Shown here: piece after piece, positions 60,019 through 64,000 of the stretch
Layout: each line of letters starts with the position of its first letter
How positions within the stretch are numbered: the stretch's first letter is position 1
Assembly: GCF_018977255.1 (NCBI RefSeq)
Contig: NW_024704743.1
Location: 69,504,001 to 69,568,000 of the forward strand
Length of the DNA: 64,000 nucleotides
Reading direction: 5' to 3'
Source: Callorhinchus milii
Lineage: Eukaryota
Position numbers and translations under genes: made by a program
Notes under the pieces: generated by a model
What the model saw: only the letters and a program-made list of their open reading frames with translations
Databases searched by the model: none
Told to the model about the DNA's origin: nothing

Positions 60019-63000
60019 AAGGTTATTTCTTAAAATTATAAAACAATTAAATATAACATACTTTTCTCTCTTTTCAACCTCAGCAGAGGACAAAGTTAAA
60101 CATGTTTGATTTTTTTTTTTACTTACCATTATAATGATTTAGCTAAGGTAAGTTGATAGTTTTGTGCTTTTCACATAACTGTGTTCAGACCTACAAAGTT
60201 CCTATCAAGTAGGATCTTTTCAGGTGGCAGAGAAATACTATGTAGATCCCGTCAGATTGGGCTGGATAGGAATGAATCTCTTATATAATGTTATAACTCA
60301 CTCTGCTCCTGTTTTCCTTGCCAACATACCTTTACAGTTTATTCTCGCATTCTCTTCCCAATCTATGTGCATTTCCCTAAAATAGTCACAGAATTATCAT
60401 GGGGAAAAAAGGGGGATGGGTGTCTTTTGTATTAGCTTCTAATTCAAAGTTTTGTTTTGCTATCAGCATTTACCCAGCTGCTTCATGTGTTCATTGTAAG
60501 GAAATGCCTGACAAAGTTTTGACTATTGGCAAAACTGCTGACTGGTGAAGTCAAGCAGTGTATGGGAAAAGCTATAGGAGCTCCATTGTGTAGGATTGCA
60601 AATTGGTTAAAAACTCGGGTTTTGGCTCAAAAGAGAGAGGTGAAGTTTTCATTGTCTATTTTATTATAAGAGAGAGATATGTAAAAGGGTCAATCAATCA
60701 ATGAAAGCATAGTTTGGCAAGCTTTCCTGATGCTTCTCAAAATAGAATCACTCTATCCATTAGGACTTTTGCTTACAGGGTTAACAGGAGCTGAGTGGGC
60801 AGAATTTCTGCTGATGAGCCAGACTGGTCGGTCATTGCCCTAGAATATGACGGACTTGCCTGGCTGAGGAAGTGGACTACTGAGACTGCCACATAGGATA
60901 GAGTGAGTTCCGATATTCCTTCACCAAGTGTCACCTTGGAATCAATTCAGCTTCAGGGAGATCCTGCTTAGCTTTCACCCTCTCTCCCCACCCTCTACAC
61001 CACCACCACCGATAGAGGGTAGCCACGAGTTGGTCAATTGACAACCAACAGGTTTGAGCCCTCTCTAGGTGAAAGGCAGGTGCCAGGAACTCCTTGGAAT
61101 TCCAGCTCTCTTTATATATATCTCTTTTATATATCTATTTATTGCTCAACTATTTTTCTTGGGGGTGAGGTGAACGGGGTTTGCTTGTATCTAAGATGGT
61201 TTCATGGTGATGTGCTTTGGCAATGGAATTGAATAAACCCTCTTTGGTGGTCTTGGTTGGCCAATTCCTTAAACTAGGTGGATCTGCAGAACTCCCAAAA
61301 CATTGTTGAATGTTTCACGGCAGGACAGACAGGCATACTTGGAGCAGGGATTCTTCCCACTTCAGCTCCCATTAACCTTATAAGCCAGAGTCTGATGGGT
61401 AGTCCTAGCTGGACAAGAAGCAGAAAACTTGACAGCTCTCAAAAGCAAACTATGCAGTTTTAGCTGATTAAACTACAGCACACACTCTGCAGGTCTCCAA
61501 GCCTTGGCCTTTGCCAGCCTGCACCTCATATTATCAAGAATAAGAAAAGTAGGATGTGCCCATCCAAGGAGAGAATGGGCGATTCATTCCATACACAGAA
61601 AAATATTTATGCATCGGTGACTTACGTATTCAAAACTGGTTTGGATACTCCTAGTGATGGATTTCTTCGTGTCAGCCAGCTTGCCTGAGAAAAGTATACT
61701 GCTCAGACATTTATTCAGTTCCCTTTTGAATGACTATTGATCCAACTTTAATAGCCACTTACTGAATTAAATTCCTAAATAAGTGAAGAAAGTCTTCCTC
61801 CTAATTTTTCTGTTAACTATTTTACATGAATGTTAACATTCTTAAAGAATTTCCTTTTTCATATAATCATCATCATAATACTATTCTTTGCCTTTGGTAT
61901 ATATTCTTTCATGTCAGGAGGATGTCCCAAAGTGCCTAATAGAATTTACTGTGAAGTGGAGTGAATGTGTATTTGTGGGTGAACATATAAATATATACTG
62001 TATGTACTGATGAAATTGAGAGCTGGAGAGGGGGGGAAGAGAAACACTGACCATACTGAGAGCAATAGAATGTCCCAACTGCATTGTGGAAGGGATTCAT
62101 AATAAAACGTGCAATCACAGCTGAATTCTATTTATCTGGAATTGTTTTATTTGGTGAATATTTATTGTTTACAGTATACCTTTGGTATTGAGGTTAAATA
62201 ATAATAATAATCCTTGAATGTCATATAGCGCCTTATCACGTCATTGAGACGTCTCAAAGCGTTTCACAGGGTATATTGTAAAATGAATTGACTGTATATT
62301 TTGTGGGTGAAACTCGGCAGCCAATTGCACACAGCAGTATTCCACAAGATTTGTTGAAGAACATAGAGGGAGACAGATCTCAACTCTGTTCCTTTCTCGC
62401 TTTCTCTTCACGTGTCTTTTACTGCGAGCATTTAGCATGTCCCACACTAAACTCCATACCCATATCATACCAGTCCTTGCCAGGTTCCACTGCCTATCAC
62501 AGAACGGATCAATTTTCAAGATTCTCTCACTTGTCTACTAATCCCTTCACACTCTGCGCCTCCCTACTTTTCTGGCCTGTTTCGCCCCACTCCACTACCT
62601 GTTGCCTCTGCTTGGCTGGTTCTGGCCTCCTGCTTGCCCCTCGTCCCCTCCACTCCACTGTAGGCGGTAAAAGGAATACTTTTTAAAAAGTGACAATAGC
62701 AATTATTGACTTCGCCAATTATGCTGTGACATGCAGCAAGCTCACTTTTTTCAAACTTTTGAAATACGTTTAGTACATCAAATCCATGGACAGTGAGATT
62801 CCTATATACTTTAGTGAGAGGATGGGTTAAAACAATTTGCATAGTTCACGTAAGCTGATGTTCTAGTTTGCTTCTTTTTCTAACCATTGCAATAAAATTA
62901 AATTGGATGAAACAATTTTAAGGATATTTTTAAAATTGAAAAAGAATCTTTTGAGTTGGATTGTTTTTCTGGCAGATTTTGAATAAGTAATATAGAATGA

Positions 63001-63221
63001 TCAACTGATCAGTACCTTAAGCTTTTATATTTTTTTAAAACGGTCCTATTAACTAGCATATTTTTGTTTAAAATAAGATAATTCTGTGATATGCAAACTC
63101 GATTTAAACTAGGAACAAATGGAAAAGTTTCCAGGTAGGTACAAGAACAGATAAAATCTGTTATTGGGCACTTAGAGAAATTGCTTTTGGTTTTCAATGT
63201 ACTATCTTTTCTTTTGGAAAG

Positions 63222-63328
63222 GTTATTGCTCCAGCAAAAGTTTGCGGAATGATGAACGAGTCTGAAACAGTTAAGAGGCTACGCCTTACTGTTCTGAACA
63301 AAGATTTTACTTTCAAAGCAGGACAATG
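63222..63328 (+). CDS. OXNAD1: OXNAD1 exon, FAD-binding domain start ([36 protein letters not shown])
   Basis: FKAGQW ferredoxin-reductase-type motif. Acceptor gaaag|, donor TG|gtaagt; 107 nt. Confidence 0.95.
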
Positions 63329-63722
63329 GTAAGTGATTTGTTTCTACATTAGAAGAGTAGTAAAATAATTGTTTGCACTGTACAATTTAATTTGTATCCC
63401 CAATAACATGAATTCACTAAAACGTTTAAAGTCCATTTAGTCTTGCTCATAATTGTCAAACACATTGGATGTTAGAACTGCTGGAGTGATCACAAAATGT
63501 TACATGTTGCTAAAATATGTAGTATTCAGTGCATAAGGAACTTCCACGTGGGTTGTCAAGATCATTACAACAACTTGCATTTATGTTGCGTCCTTCACAC
63601 AGCATCTTGTTGTACTGTACAGTGGCAGGGGTGGATACTGGGGAAGGAAGGATGTGAGCATAACAATTTAGTCTACTAAATTTGTTTTAATTCTTTAAAA
63701 TGCTGTATTTTTTTTTAAAAAG

Positions 63723-63864
63723 GGTGGACTTTTTTGTCCCAGGTGTGTCGAAAGTCGGTGGTTTTTCTATTTGTTCAAGCCCCGGGCTGTTGGAAAGGGA
63801 AGGTGTACTGGAACTGGCAGTAAAAATTACCAAGCATCCTCCTGCACAATGGGTTCACTCTCAG
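63723..63864 (+). CDS. OXNAD1: OXNAD1 exon ([47 protein letters not shown])
   Basis: GGFSICSSP…ELAVK…HPPA.WVH is diagnostic of OXNAD1. Acceptor aaaag|, donor CAG|gtaact. The gene continues beyond the window. Confidence 0.96.
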
Positions 63865-64000
63865 GTAACTAAAGTTCCTTAATTTCTCAAAAACTTTAAA
63901 AAATATATCAAGTTCCAGGGGCTAGCCTGGCTCAGGTAGTAGCACTCGCCTCAGTCAGAAAGTTGAGGACGCAAGCCCTATGTCAGGATTTTGACCTCGC

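Overview
Eukaryotic vertebrate genomic DNA, most likely a cartilaginous fish (probably a chimaera/elephant-shark-type genome, inferred from the repeat families). Most ORFs in the supplied track are spurious. Two spliced + strand genes can be reconstructed by hand with consistent splice phases. (1) GALNT15, a polypeptide GalNAc-transferase: the 3' end of exon 1 (1-48) plus nine further coding exons ending at the stop at 41740. Its intron 7 appears to use a non-canonical GC donor. (2) The first four coding exons of OXNAD1 (51267-63864, continuing beyond the window), downstream of a CpG-island promoter. DPH3, which lies between these two genes in mammals, was not found by eye. Introns and intergenic DNA are dense in repeats: a young tRNA-headed SINE (CORE-like segment + 3' Deu segment + L2-type tail), older DeuSINEs, L2 and CR1 LINE fragments, two Penelope-like fragments (one carrying a decayed hammerhead ribozyme), TA-flanked MITEs, and an unrecognised ~550-bp repeat in about seven copies. 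Several inverted repeats also occur, including a perfect 33-bp template-switch hairpin. I found no convincing wholly new biological system. The best leads are the GC-AG/alternative donor, the hammerhead relic, the hairpins, the chimeric SINE subfamilies, the unclassified repeat and the apparently missing DPH3. Comparisons with human proteins and repeat consensus sequences are from memory and need database confirmation.
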